NCBI GenBank assembly: GCA_050084985.1
Contig: JBITNC010000002.1
Location: 38,502,001 to 38,566,000, forward strand
Length of the DNA: 64,000 bases
Reading direction: 5' to 3'
Origin: Nageia nagi
Lineage: Eukaryota > Plantae > Pinophyta
Both the position numbers and the translations under genes were made by a program. How positions within the stretch are numbered: position 1 is the stretch's first letter; each line of letters begins with the position of its first letter. Of the stretch, positions 1 through 13,439 are shown piece after piece. Under the pieces are notes generated by a model. The model was not told the origin of the DNA. It saw nothing but the letters and a program-made list of their open reading frames with translations, and did no database searches.

Positions 1-540
1 TTCATAATGAATAAATATTCAACTTCATAGAAATTTATCTTCATAAAGAGAATGCACTCATCTTCATGAAGAGAAGATACTTATCTTCATAAGGAGAAGA
101 TCCTTGTATTCATAAGGAGAAGATGCTCATCTTCATAGGGAGAAGATGTATGAGTTCATAAGGAGAAGATACTTGGGTTACTTCATAAGGAGAAGACACT
201 TTTCTTTAGAAGAAGAAGATGCTCATCCTTAGAAGGATAAAAAATCCATCTTCATATGGAGAAGATGCTTGTATTCATAAGGAGAGGATGCTCATTATCA
301 TAACTAGAAGATGCTCATCTTCATAAGGATAAGTCATTCATATTCATAAGGAGAAGACAATCCATATTCATAAGGAGAATATACTCACCTTAATAAGGAG
401 AAGATCCATTCATCTTTATAAGTAGAAGACACTAATCTTCAAAAGGAGAAGATGCTCATCTTCAAAAGGAGAAGATTCTCATATTCAAGAAAAGAAGCTA
501 ATGAGAATATGCTCATATTTAGAAGAATAAGACACTCATA
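1..540. repeat. Degenerate 23-bp tandem minisatellite (consensus ATCTTCATAAGGAGAAGATGCTC), about 20+ copies, probably within an old LTR
   Basis: Unit recurs head-to-tail with no unique spacers. Each unit has an internal inverted repeat (CATCTTC-7nt-GAAGATG). It is followed by an LTR-like CTAGGGTTTT...CTATAAAAGG at about 603-628. Confidence 0.85.
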
Positions 541-719
541 TTGTTTGCACTAGACATTGCATGCTTACCAAATTTCCATAGTTAATGCGCATTAAATGCT
601 TTCTAGGGTTTTTTTAGCTATAAAAGGCATATTTATTCCTCCATTTTTACGTTACATTTTCCATTTATATTCGATTTTGATATCCTCTCTCCTTTAACTC
701 TATCCCTTCTCTGTATTTT

Positions 720-882
720 TGTTAGGATTCCATATCCTAATATTTATTGAGGTTTATTTATGTTCTCTAGATTTTTATTAGGATTCCATATCCTAATATT
801 AGGATTCCATATCATAATATCCTAATATTTTTGTTAGGATTCAAAGTAAAATCCCTTTTTTAGTTTTGCTAAGTTCCTAACA
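720..882 (+). repeat. 5' LTR, internally deleted and rearranged
   Basis: Both ends match the 3' LTR, but the centre is replaced by repeated TAGGATTCCATATCCTAATAT pieces. Confidence 0.85.
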
Positions 883-884
883 AG

Positions 885-896
885 TGGTATAAGAGC
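885..896 (+). promoter_or_regulatory. Primer binding site (tRNA-iMet type)
   Basis: TGGTATAAGAGC lies 2 nt after the LTR-terminal CA. The canonical site is TGGTATCAGAGC. Confidence 0.85.
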
Positions 897-1474
897 TTTG
901 ATTTTGGCACCTATGGGAAGATTGAGGATTGAGATTTATGTGTTTCTAGCTGAAATGCTACCAAACGTTTGGTAGAACTTCAAGGTCGCATCAAGTTGGA
1001 AACCTAGATTTTGCCCATTTTACAACTGAAACTTTGCTATTTTTTTTTTCAAAAATTTTCTAATTTTTGTTCCACCATAGGTCGTTACCTCTTTCCACAC
1101 CATAATATTTCTTTTTCATTCCCTTTTGTCCAACTATCTATTCACTATGTATCGATCTTACTACTGTAAATCATTGCCATTTCTAAAATAATAATTTTTC
1201 TTATCTGAATCCTAGGTTTCCTTACACAAATAGCAATTGCTAAAATGGGTAAAAACTTATGGGGCTATTATCTTTCAAACTATGAGGAATTAGGGTAAAA
1301 ATATTTTTTTTAGAAAAAGAGTATAAAATTTTACAAATCATCAAATTAAGACCTAGCCCATTCCTAATATTTTTTCGAGTTGATCATTTTGATATATAGC
1401 AACTATATTTTTTTTCAGGTTTTAAAAATAATAGTTACTAAAAATAGTAAGTTAGGACCTAGTTTGTATTTCAA

Positions 1475-4400
1475 ATGGAGGGAAGAAGATCTCAAGACCC
1501 CACTTTAGAAAAATTAGATCATGAGGTTAAACAACTCCAAGATTACCTTGGTGGAGTTAACTTAAAATTTTCTTTCCAAGAGATAAATGATAAATTCACT
1601 AAATTTATAGAGAAGCTTATAATATTGGGCACTAAATATGATTCTATGAAATTGAATCTATTGTAAGTACAAAAAATAACTCATACAACTATGCAATAAT
1701 CATATATGCAACAACCATCCTCATTCCAAACTACATCAGGTATAATTTTTCAATAATATTCAAGGCCTAATACTCAATTGCAAGCATAACAAATGCATAT
1801 GGTAAGCCCCCAAGCCTTCATACTTCCATGATAAAATAAGCTAGATTTACCCAATTTTAATGAAGAGGATCCAATGAGCTAGATTTATAGACTAGAATAA
1901 TACTTTACACTAAATCAAATTCCTAAGGTTCAAAAGGTCAATGTCGCTTCTTTCCATTTGGAGCATGAGACCATTTAGTAGTACCAATGGTTTGAAAAAA
2001 CTAGTGGGAATCCTTATTGAAGAGAGTTTACAAAATATTTTTTGGTTAGGTTTTGCCCAAGTGATTTTGAGGATTTCACAAGAGATCTTACAAAACTTTG
2101 GCAAACATCAATGATGATGGAATATCAAACATAATTTGAAAAGCTTCCAAATTGCATATAGGGATTATATGAATCATTTTTTAGGAGTTGCTTCATTAGT
2201 GGGTTAAAGAAAGATATTAGGGTAGAATTCAAAATATTTAATCCTAGCACTATGATACAGACTATTAGATTGGCCAAATTGGTAGAACACAAATTCAATG
2301 CCCAATGTTGATAAGGGAAGAAACCATTTAACAAAACTCAAGTTTACCAAGTTGCTCCTAAACCTATCTATTCATTTCAAATTAAGTGACTTAGTCAAGA
2401 GGAAATAAATGAGTGTAGAGCGAAGGGACTTTGCTATAATTATGATGAAAATTATGCAACTGGCCATCGATGTACTACATAGAGTTTGTATTTGCTTAAT
2501 GATGATATTTCTAATGATTCAAAGGATGGAACTATTGTTAAGGAAGAAGCTAATGAGATTGAAATAATTGAAGAAGAAGTTATTATTTCTTGTAATGCTC
2601 TTACATGAATTTTGATACCCTAAATAATGAAGGTTTGTGGATATTTCAAAAAGCATTCTCTCATCATTTTACTTAACTTGGGAAGTACACATAATTTTGT
2701 TGATCCTGGTGTATCTAAACAAACTAATTATTTTATATATATCCTCAAAATAATTTTGAAGTAATTATTGTAAATGGAGGTATAATTTCTTGCAAGGGGA
2801 AATACTGCAATATTAAGCTCAACATGGGTGATTATCACATACAAAGTGACATGTATATACTTCCTTTGGGAGGGTGTGATGTGCTTGTAAGAGTTTAATG
2901 GTTAAGAACATTAGGACCTATACTAAGGGACTTCCTTGAACTATGGATGAAATTCACTATTGCAAGCTATACATATCAACTCAATGGACTACATGTTGGT
3001 CAATCTTAGATTATAAGTTCTCATTGAATAGAGAAGCTGATTCAAAAAGGAAAAAAAGGGATGGTAGGAAAACTATTTCTAATACAATCAGCTGCATAGG
3101 AGGGAGGTGGATTAGTAGAGTTGTAAAAATTATTTGCACATCATGAGAAGGTTTTTGAAGAACCAAATGGATTACCCCCCAACCACCCTCAAGACCATTC
3201 TATACAACTAATCCTTGAAGGTCAACCACCTAACATTTAGCCCTATTGCTACCCATGTTTGTAGAAAGATGAAATTAAAAAGTTAGTACATGAGATGCTG
3301 GAAGTAGGTATTTTTAGGCCAAGTGTAGTCCTTACTCTTAGCTTGTCATATTAGTCCAAAAAAAGGATGTATCTTGGTGGTTGTGCATAAATTTTTAGGC
3401 TCTCAACAAAGTAATTGTGAAAGATAAATTCCCTATTTCCATCATTCATGAACTATTGGATGAGCTACATGGAGCTAAATATTTTTTGAAACTAGATCTA
3501 TAATCAAGATATCATCAGATTCAAATATGTGAAGAGGATATTCCAAAAATAACTTTTTAGATGCATGAGGGTCATTACAAATTTTTAGTAATGCATTCGA
3601 CCTTACTAGTGCCCCTTCAACATTCTAGATTTTGATGAATCAAGTATTTCATCCTTATCTTCATAAATTTATTTTGTTTTTCTTTGATGATATTTTGATC
3701 TATAGCAAGACATGGGAGGATCATTTGGAACACTTAGATTAAACTTTGTAATTACTTCAAGAGCATCAATTATATGCAAAGAAATCCAAGTATTCCTTTA
3801 TGATGCATGAGATTGAATACTTGGGGCATGTCATCTCTTAGTACGAAGTCAAGGTAGATCCATATAAAATTGGAAACATGCATGATTAGCCTATTCCAAA
3901 ATTACTCAAGGGATTACAAGGAGTTTTGAGTATAATAGGTTATTATAAAAAAAATGTAAATAATTATGGGATGATTACAGCTCCACTCACAACATTCTAA
4001 AATGAGATCCCTTTAATTGGTCACCAACTGCTAAATAATCTTTCTCTAAATTGAAGGAGGCAATATGCTCTATTCTTATTTTAGCCATGCCAAATTTTTC
4101 TAAAATATTTATCATTAAGAGTGATACTTTTGGAGTAGTATTGGATGCAATTTTGATGCAAGAAAGAAGACCCTTGGCTTTGAGTAGCAAGGTATTATCA
4201 GGCCAAAATTTAGCTAGATCTATCTATGAAAAGGAGATGTTAGCAATAATTCATGCAATTCAAAAATAGAGATCCTACCTCATTGGGTGACATTTCATTA
4301 TTTGCATAGATCACCATAATATGAAGTATTTCATGGAATAATAAATTTTGAAAATTGAATAACAAAAGTGGGTGACCAAACTATTAGGATATGAATACAA

Positions 4401-5905
4401 AATAGTGTATCAAAAGGGATCAAACAATATGGTTGTGGATGCTCTTCCTTGCAAATTTGAGGAACCTGCAACACTTCAAGCAATTTCACTACCACTTCCC
4501 TAGTGGCTAGAGCAACTGAAATAATAATGACTTCAAGATGATCCAATTCAGGTATTAATTCAACAACTTCATACTAATCCTTCTAGTAGACCAAATTTCT
4601 CTTGGAAAGATGAAGTTTTATGCTTCAAAGGTTACATTGCATTACCATCCACTTCTTCCTGTTGAGAAGTAATACTTTAGGAATTACATGCTATACCATC
4701 AGCAAGACACTTAGGATTTCTCAAAAAGTACAAAATATTGGCTCGATCATTTTATTTGGATAAAATGAAACATGATATCATGAAATTTGTTACAAAATCT
4801 AATATATATTAGTGATATAAAGGTGAAACAATTGGCAATCCTAGTTTACTTCATTCCTTACCTATCCCAAGTTACATTTGGAATGATATTTTGATGGACT
4901 TCATTGAAGGTCTCCCTAAGTCTCAAGGTAAATCTATTATTTTAGTGGTAGTTGATCTATTGTCTAACACTTTTTCTCTTTAGCACATCTATTTAAATCT
5001 ATCAATATGGCCTAAATTTTTGTTGATAATATTTTAAGCTTCATGGTATGCCCTATACCATAGTTAGTGATTGAGATCCTACATTCATTAGTGAATTTTG
5101 AAAAAATAAATTCAAGCTATAGGGAACTTAACTCAAAATAAGTTCAACATATCATCCCAAACTAATGGACAATTTGAAATTGTAAACAAGTGGTTGGAAA
5201 CCTATTTGTGTTATTTTGCATCAGCCTAACCAGTTCATTGGGTAAAATGGATTCCTTTGGAAGAATGGTGGTATAACACTTTATACCATACAACTATTTT
5301 CATGATACCATATGAAACATTATACATTCAAGCACCACCCAAAATAATAACACATATCCCAAGTAGCATGAAGGTCTAAGAAATTGATATTGATTTTTAT
5401 ATTCAATCATATATGATTCATCTTCTTCAAGAGAATTTGTTGACCACTCAACATTGCATGAAGAAACAGGCTGATTAGAATCATGTGGAACAAGATTTTC
5501 AAGAATGTGATATGGTCAGCCCATGTCTTAAACCATATATATATAAATCCTTAAAGATTAAGGGTCCTCAGAAACTATCTCCAAAATTTTATGTCCCTTA
5601 CAAAGTTCTCCAACACATTGGACTTGCTGCTTATAAGTTGGAGTTACTGATTTCCTCCAAGTTTCACCCTGTATTTCATTTATTAAAAAGGTATTAGGAT
5701 TACAGGTTCATATCCAATTAGAGTTTTGGAAATTCATTAATGATGGATCCATTAATATTGAACCTATAGTAATTTTGGATAAAGGCATCCTCAATGTTCA
5801 TCATCATACTATAACCTAGGTTTTAATTTAGTGAAGGGGGCTAGCACTTAAAGATGCAACATGGGAGAAAGCACATGAGATTTACCAAGAGTTTCTAAAT
5901 TTTTA
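1475..5905 (+). pseudogene. Disrupted gag-pol with C-terminal chromodomain
   Basis: Protease L(N)LGSTHNF at about 2670; RT KDKFPI...ELLDELHGA and FFDDILIYS; RH IYEKEMLAIIHAI; INT MDFIEGLPKS and KLSPKFY; chromodomain EPIVILD...DATWE at about 5760-5870. Many stops and frameshifts. Confidence 0.9.
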
Positions 5906-5942
5906 GCTTTGAGAAAAAATCTATTTTCCAATAGGGGTGGCA

Positions 5943-6358
5943 TGTTAGGATCCCATATCCTAACATTTACTTAGGCTTATTTATGTTTTAGTTAATTTAA
6001 TTATTTTCTTGCATCAACTTATAAGGTGAACCATCATATTTTGTAAGGCGAATCATCATTTTGAATGTAAACCACCAATTAGGGTAGGAGGACTATAAAT
6101 ACTTGTAAGAGGGGTAAAGAGGGTATATTGGAAAATCATTTATCTTTTTGAGTGTTAAGCAAGAAGCCCCTTCAAAGCGGTCTGCAATTCATATTACTAT
6201 TAGTAAAGTTATTCTATTTTGTTATTTGGTTATTAATATGAGTACATTATTCCATTTTCTTTACTATATGCATTGTGAGTCTATGGTTATTTCATATTTC
6301 AATATTTCTTATGGTATTTGGGGTAAAACTCCCTTTTAGTTCTGCTAAGTTCCTAACA
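5943..6358 (+). repeat. 3' LTR (416 bp)
   Basis: TG...CA termini with terminal inverted repeat TGTTAGG/CCTAACA, TATA-like CTATAAATA at about 6093, preceded by the PPT. Confidence 0.9.
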
Positions 6359-7339
6359 CTTTTCTAACATCTTTCTATAATACAATAACATCATCCTCTA
6401 CCACTTCTCCCATGGTGAATCTCTTATAACTTCAAAATAATACTCATTTAAAAATATTTTGATAAATAGTTTTTCAAAACTTTGCCCAACCACCGGTTAT
6501 GATATGACATGTATGGGGGATTTTGATCTACTCAAACTCATGACCATGGGCACATTTAAGATTGATCTTGACCTAATGTACCTAATTATTTTTACATATA
6601 AACATGAAAGGTATGAGGTTTATATCATTATCGATGACTATATCATTTCATTTTCCATTCAAGCATCATATGTGCATATGTTGACAAGTCTCCCTTATGA
6701 GGATGGTGAACTTGTAAGTTCAAAATAACCATTATTAGACATTGAAAAAATAATCAGAGAATACATTCAATCTCCTTACAAAATTTCTGACAAGTGATTT
6801 TTCACAAATTATTCTTACTTTTTTATTTTCATTATTGCTTATTTTTAATTTCAATTTTAAAGAATTAATTTTTTTTATAGTAGATCATAACCCTTTTGAT
6901 AGGAGTTTGAAAATTACAGATGTATCCCATCCAACTTTGAAAGCAATTATTGAGTTTTTTCAGGCAAATATAATTTTCCAAGGGTGTTTATCATACATTC
7001 CTTTCTATAGGCTGCATTATATTATTTAATTCCTTCATCATCAAAAGAGATATGATTAATATTGTTTCATTTATGAAAGAATTATATTTGATCTTTTTAA
7101 TAATATTTATAAAACATCCCCTCATAACTATATTTTGTGTATGCATTATTTAACTACTTTTATCTATGAAGAATATTGGAATTTAAAAGAAATAAAACCT
7201 TCATCTATTTATCATCAAAAGTTTAAGGAAATTACATTAAACAAGGAATAAATGTAGGTATTATGAGTTTCTTAATCATCAAGTTTTTAATTTGTTATAG
7301 CAAATTTGAGCTAACATTTTGAATTATGATTTATTTGCA

Positions 7340-8800
7340 GGAAAGAGTAGAAAATATTACTTCATAATGACATGCTAATCTTAAAGCTCATAAACTAGAG
7401 GATTGTGAAGATTCTGAGGTAGGCATACCTAATCTAATATAGAAAAGCAAGATAAAGAGGATAACAATAATGTAGTACTATCTTTGGATGATAGATCCTC
7501 AACATTAGTCCATATTATGCATCATTCTACACATTCTCTATTTGATGAGGATATTGAAGAAGTGCAACATCCACTACAATATCCACAACCATAATAACAA
7601 CCACAATAATAATAAAAACCACCAAAATAACCACAACAACAATAGGCACAATAGGAACTATTTCCACAACAACAACAAAAACATAAATAACAATAATAAG
7701 GTATTTTAATATCATCATATCACATTTGGTAATCCCAAGAATGTTAATTATTTATAACATATTTCTAATGTGTGTTCTGTAGAGGAAGTACTAAAGTTAC
7801 CTTGATGGCCCATAAGAGGAAAATAATTTAGGGAAAGAATCTTAATTTGTTGATGCCACCAAGTGCAAACACTAGGAAAATATACACCATATATACTCTT
7901 GTTCAAATTTTTTCCTCTAAGCTACCATAAGTCTTCCTAATATTCCAAGTATGTCTCTAGGTGGGATCTTACTTTAGGTAGAACTACTCTTTGTGAGCCA
8001 CCATTGGATGAAGATGTTTTTCTACAGGGCATAACTCCATTGACTTATTGTAATCCAATTTGATTTTCTACTAAGTCGATAAGTTCAAGAGGTATAAGTT
8101 ACTTCTGTGAATGAATTTCATGATGGTAGAACACCTTAAGCTTCAACAACACCAACATTAGGTACTCATCCTTAACACTACTCTAAAGGAATATGTTTTG
8201 CCAAAATTGCTCCATTACTCTCACTTTAATATGCAACTAAAGAATGGATTGATCACTACTTCAAAATATAACTTGATACATATGTCACATAGCCTCAGGT
8301 TTCCTCTAGCTCAACTATGAGTTTACTCCCACCAATTGTGTATTAAGATATATCATTACCTCCATAGATATCAATGTATTTGTAGATTGTGTAGTCTTGA
8401 TGTGGAATCTGAGGAGCATTTCATTTTTCACTTATCCTATCTACTATGAGATACAAGGTAGATATTATTTCTTATTGAGAGACACCCATACATTAAAATC
8501 TTGGATTAATTATGAAAATCAAATATGCATTTCCCTCTTCATCCAAGAATTATTCAATCTTAGGAAAGAACTACTTAGTAACAATTTGTAGAAGATAACT
8601 TGATCCTCACTTATCAATTCATTCTTTTAGCCTCCAGAAGCCATGACTAGAAAACAAGGTGTTTCAGAGATACAATAAGAACATCTCATCGTTGACTCCA
8701 ATAAAGACCATCTATGATGATATCAAACTCTTAGATCACTCACTTCTTTGTAACCTTATATTAGGAGAAATCCTTATTCATAGATTTTGTATATCATTTG
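7340..8800 (+). mobile_element. Highly decayed retroelement-like (gag-like?) coding remnant of the older element interrupted by the chromovirus
   Basis: Coding-like composition with a Thr/Pro-rich low-complexity tract, downstream of LTR-like sequence. No diagnostic motif is recognisable. Confidence 0.25.
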
Positions 8801-9099
8801 TTATACTATTTGTTATACTGTTTATTATTTTTCCTATTTTATTTTCTCTAGATTTGCATTAGGCACTCCCGTTACTTTTCATATGTCTTACTTTACAATC
8901 CTATCAAGACCTCTTTTGATCATTAGACATTATACAAATTTAAATTTAAATTTAAATTCATTTTTGTTGATTCTTATATTATTATTATATTATGGAATTT
9001 ACCTTAGTTTTTCTTATATTTTTTTCATTTTCCATGGAATTATTGGAACTATGTTGTTCATTCCCATTATTTTTTGGAATTATGTTCCTCACTCCTATT

Positions 9100-9850
9100 A
9101 TTTTTGTATTTCATAATATTGGTTGAGAATTATTTTATAAAAAATACTCAAATGATTTTAAAATTTGAACTCCAATTTATATTTGATAATATTGACTAGA
9201 AATTATTTTATAAAAATAATTATCTAAATTTAAACTTATATTATTTTTGATACTATTGATTAAAAATTATTTTGTAAAAAATACTTAAAATGATCTATAA
9301 TTTGAACTTAAATTCATATTTGATAATAGTGATTAAGATGTATAACCAAATCCATTTATAATTTCTTCAACTTTCACATTGAATTTATTGGTTTTTACTT
9401 GTTTTCTCATTTTTGTTGATTCTTATTATTATTACATCATGAAAATTTCTTTATTTTTTGTTATGTTCTTTAAGTTTTTTTCATTTTCCTTGCAATTGTT
9501 AAAACTATGCTACTCCCATTATTTTTGGAATAATGTTCCTGACTCCCATTATTTATTTTTGTATTTCAGAATATTTTATGAAAAATACTTAAATGATTTT
9601 AAAATTTGAATTTATATTTAATAATATTGATTAAAAATTATTTTATAAACATAATTATTTAAATTTAAACTTAAATTCAATTTTTAATAATATTGATTAG
9701 AAATTATTTTGTAAAAAATACTTAAAAATGATTTAGAATTTGAATTTAACAATTTATATTTGATAATATTGATTAGGAATTATTATTATTATAAAAATAC
9801 TTAAAATGATCTAAAATTAAATTTAAATTCATATTTGATAATATTGATTT
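9100..9850. repeat. AT-rich degenerate tandem repeat of about 70 bp, within a larger local duplication (about 8930-9300 vs 9405-9760)
   Basis: Recurring TTTGATAATATTGATTAGAAATTATTTT-TAAAAAATACTTAAAATGAT---AATTTGAAC motif. Confidence 0.75.
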
Positions 9851-10894
9851 GTGTAAGGGAGTTGGAGAAAGGATAGTTGAAAACTCTCAAGTCTATAAGG
9901 TGGATATATAATATATGGCATGTGATAATTCCCTACACAAACTTGTAACTCATCAAAAACATTGATTGAAAATTACTTTATAAATAATACTTCAAATAAT
10001 TTAAAAATTGAACTTAAATACTATAAATATACTTCAAATATTAAAGTATTTTTTTATTATTTATTATCATCCTTTAAACTTTATTTCTTTATTACATTTT
10101 TTAATTTATGAATTGTTAGCTAAAATAAATTACATTTATTCATTTATTATCATCTTATGATATCAACAAAAAAAAAAAATGTTATAACATTTCTATCAAA
10201 GTTAAATTTAAGTTTAACATTATTACTAGATACATAAACAAGGTCTAATTATCAATTGGAAGGATTTCAACATCAAAAAAACCCTTTTTTACTCAAAATA
10301 AATTATCTTTCTTTATAAAGATTGTTATTGTTACTAAATTTCAAATAGTCATTTTATTAAAAAATAATAAAATGAAGAAAAACTTAAAATTATATAAACT
10401 AAAGTCAACATTTCAAGATTGTTATAATATCCTATGAAATTATTATTGTATTACTTTAAAATCTATTATATTTTTTAAATATATACTTTAAATTAATAAT
10501 AAACATCCTCTTCATATATTTACTATTATTCAATCATTATCTTTCATATTAATTAACATAAATTTATTACTTTCACATAATACTAAGAGCCAATCTATCT
10601 GTCGTTCCAATAATATTTTTTAAAAATAAATCCACTTTCTATTTATAGCTACGAAAAGAAAGATTGTTGCTTGCACTAACTTAATAAGTAAATTTTAATT
10701 TTTGCTTGATTAATCTTAAAAACATTAAATCAAACTAAAATAAAATAATCTGAAAAATAAATTTATAGAAAGCGAGACAAGTTATTTTTATTTAGTATGT
10801 AAGCCACACTCTTCGATTCAGAGGAAGAAACCCAACGGGATATTAATGGAGGAGTGTTATTCCGTGATGATGAATCACTCGACCTGGATAGTTT

Positions 10895-11125
10895 TCACCT
10901 CTGGATTGTAATGAAAAATGTAATGCTGAATGAGATGATATGGGTTTGGAGTAAGGCTAACTCATGTCGACGGTGATAATGTGCGCTTGTTGGAGAGGAA
11001 GGCAGAATGTGGAAGACGTCCACAAGGCGGGAGAGGAAAGGAGGAATGAAGTGATGGAATGGGCTGTCTATGTCCAAAACTGAGAGGCTGTCTCTCAGAG
11101 ATCTTTCCCAAGGTCTCAATGCCAT
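10895..11125 (-). pseudogene. CpG-retaining gene-like 76-codon ORF (MALRPWERSLRDSLSVLDIDSPF...), possibly a truncated small heat-shock-protein-like pseudogene or first exon
   Basis: Good ACC-ATG-G context, pyrimidine-rich leader, TATA-like CATATAT at about 11184-11190, raised GC and CpG. The +1 frame gives AHIITVDM, which resembles the alpha-crystallin strand AH(I/V)xxxD(L/M)PG. Confidence 0.3.
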
Positions 11126-11569
11126 GGTATGTTTGTTTTCTTCTGAAATAGAATAGAGGGGAATTGTGGAAGAAAGAGCAGCAATATATGGGGGAAACCT
11201 CAGAACTAACGTGCTGTATAGCAAGTATGTTAAGTAAAGGTGCAAGCTATCCATTTTTCAGTGTCTTTCATGTGCATATAGGGTTAAACATCTTCTCTTT
11301 ATTTATTTATTTTTTAAATTGGATTTTGTTTAGGTTGTAAATAAAATGTGTTTATATTGCATGTAAATATTTTTCGTTTAATTTTAATATAAACAAAATG
11401 TGTTTAATTTTTTATGTAAAAGTATTTTGTTTATTTATGGTAGAAAGAAAATATGTTTAAATTGTATAAATGCTTTTTGTCTACCTCAAGAAGATCTTTG
11501 CCAACATTTTTATCTAAGGTTACATGAACGATGTTTACTAGGTTAACTCAAGGCATTTAAACCTTGCTT

Positions 11570-12030
11570 CAATTGTTCGCCTCAATTTGAATATCACCAA
11601 CTATTGCAAAGGTATTAATAAGTGGGGTTAAATGTTTGAAGTTTACAAGGATAAATATAGTTCATTTAACCCCTATTATGTCACCTCACATGTATTTTGA
11701 ACTCACCAAAAACCTTTCATGCATTCATTAATGGTCAAGGTTAAATGTCTTTTGAATTTGTTTATAATATTTATCCCCTTTTAGTATTAAACAAAAGATA
11801 TTTATCTTAGATGTCATATCATCTTGCATGCATTTTGTACATCACCAACTACCTTTGATACATTCATTAATGGTTAAGGTTAAATGTTTTTTATTTACAA
11901 GAATAAACATATGATGTTTATCCCCTATCTCGTATTTTGAGGATGACATATCATCTTGCATGCATTTTGAACGTGTCAAACTATCATTGATGCATCAATG
12001 GCCAATGTTTATTCCCTATTACTACACATG
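11570..12030. repeat. Degenerate local repeats of about 140 bp
   Basis: Recurring CATTCATTAATGGT(C/T)AAGGTTAAATG...TTTATCCCCT and CATATCATCTTGCATGCATTTTG. Confidence 0.55.
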
Positions 12031-12127
12031 CGAAACATGGTCCATATTTTTTCATATTATTATTCATTGCTAGTTACATTGATGTTATAGAGCAATTGAA
12101 TGAGCAATGATGGTTAAGAATTTCAAT

Positions 12128-13435
12128 TTACAATATTCTCCAATTGGGGTAAGTTGTTTGTTTCCTGTTCCTATTTTGTTTAGCATACTTGTTTATCAGG
12201 GAATTCATAACCACAATGTTCGATAAAAACCTTGAATTGAACTTACAACCACAAAATTCGATGAAAATCCATTTCCATAATTCGCATATCTTGTGATCAT
12301 TGAAAACCATGAAATCGTATTTGCATCCTGTATCTTCTCAAACAATTCTTAGATCTTGTTTATTTTTCGATATTTTGTTTACATGTGGAACAACATTTGA
12401 TAAAAACACATTTCCATAATTTTGCATGCTTATTAAGGCATATTCAAAACCATAATGTTTGATGAAAATTTTCTAGCCCAAAAACCACTATCTTGCGCTT
12501 AGAACCATAATATTTGATGAAACCATGTTGGTATATATAGGTTGTTTCTTCATCAAAATTTAATGAGACCCTAACTTGTATTCTTCCACATTTTGCATAC
12601 TTATCTATCTAGGCAATCACAACCATAACATTCAATGAAAAACCTTCTTCAATTATTCTTTAATGGATGTCCATACCTTCTTCTAGAGCTCCCATGGTGG
12701 CACATGCTGGAATAATGCTAACAAAGTTTGCAAAGTTTGACTTTACACCTAACCATTGCATCTTCTTAAAAGTTTCTAGGGCCTTTTAAGAAAACTATTT
12801 TTGGTGGCACATGCTGGAATAATGCTAACAAAGTTTGCAAAGTTTGACTTTACACCTAACCATTGCATCTTCTTAAAAGTTTCTAGGGTCTTTTAAGAAA
12901 AATATTTTTTTGCATATCTTGCGATCATTGGAGTCCATGAGATTGCATCTCAATGAATTATTTTATCATTAATTCACAATCCCTTTCAATGTATCTATTT
13001 TGTGCATATCCTACAATTATTGCATTCCATGAAACTATGTTTGCATCATGCATCTTGTCAAATAATTCCTAGGATTTATATATTCTTCCATATTTTGCAT
13101 CCATATAGCAAAGCTTTTTCAAGTAAATGATTTATTTTAGTTAACCTTTTGACTATTAGATCTTGTAGTTATATTGTAGGTAGGAAAATATTAGAGCCTA
13201 ATCTCTTAGAAAATTCATCCCAACCAATTATTAGATTGTAAAAATCATCAAATCTTGAGGAATGCTTTCTATATTGGGATTTTTCTATGACAATCCAAAT
13301 AATTGTTAATGATAAATTACTCAATTTATTTATAGAGTTTGGCTTTACACTTGACCATTGCATTTGCTTAAAATTTTCTAGAGCCTTTTTAGAAAAATCA
13401 TTTTGCATATCCTATGATCATTGCAATCCACTAGA
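12128..13435 (-). pseudogene. PLS-class pentatricopeptide repeat (PPR) pseudogene fragment
   Basis: Minus strand translates to ELFDKMHDANIVSWNAIIVGYAQN, KALENFKQMQW..VKPNS, NFVSIIPACATMGALEEGMDIH and SNIVVMNSLINKYAK. Multiple stops. Confidence 0.9.
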
Positions 13436-13439
13436 TTAT

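Larger units (their letters stand above)
720..6358 (+). mobile_element. Full-length degenerate Ty3/gypsy chromovirus LTR retrotransposon (Reina-like size and layout)
   Basis: Both LTRs run TGTTAGG...CCTAACA (720-882, 5943-6358). PBS TGGTATAAGAGC at 885, PPT AATAGGGGTGGCA just before 5943, near-TSD ATTTT/CTTTT. Domain order is gag-PR-RT-RH-INT-chromodomain. Confidence 0.92.

Noticed and set aside
1-540. CRISPR-like array of palindromic 23-bp repeats
   Set aside because: The units are contiguous and degenerate with no unique spacers, there are no cas genes, and the context is eukaryotic.
7527-9609. Hydrophobic, membrane-protein-like short ORFs
   Set aside because: Artefacts of ACA-rich and T-rich low-complexity sequence.
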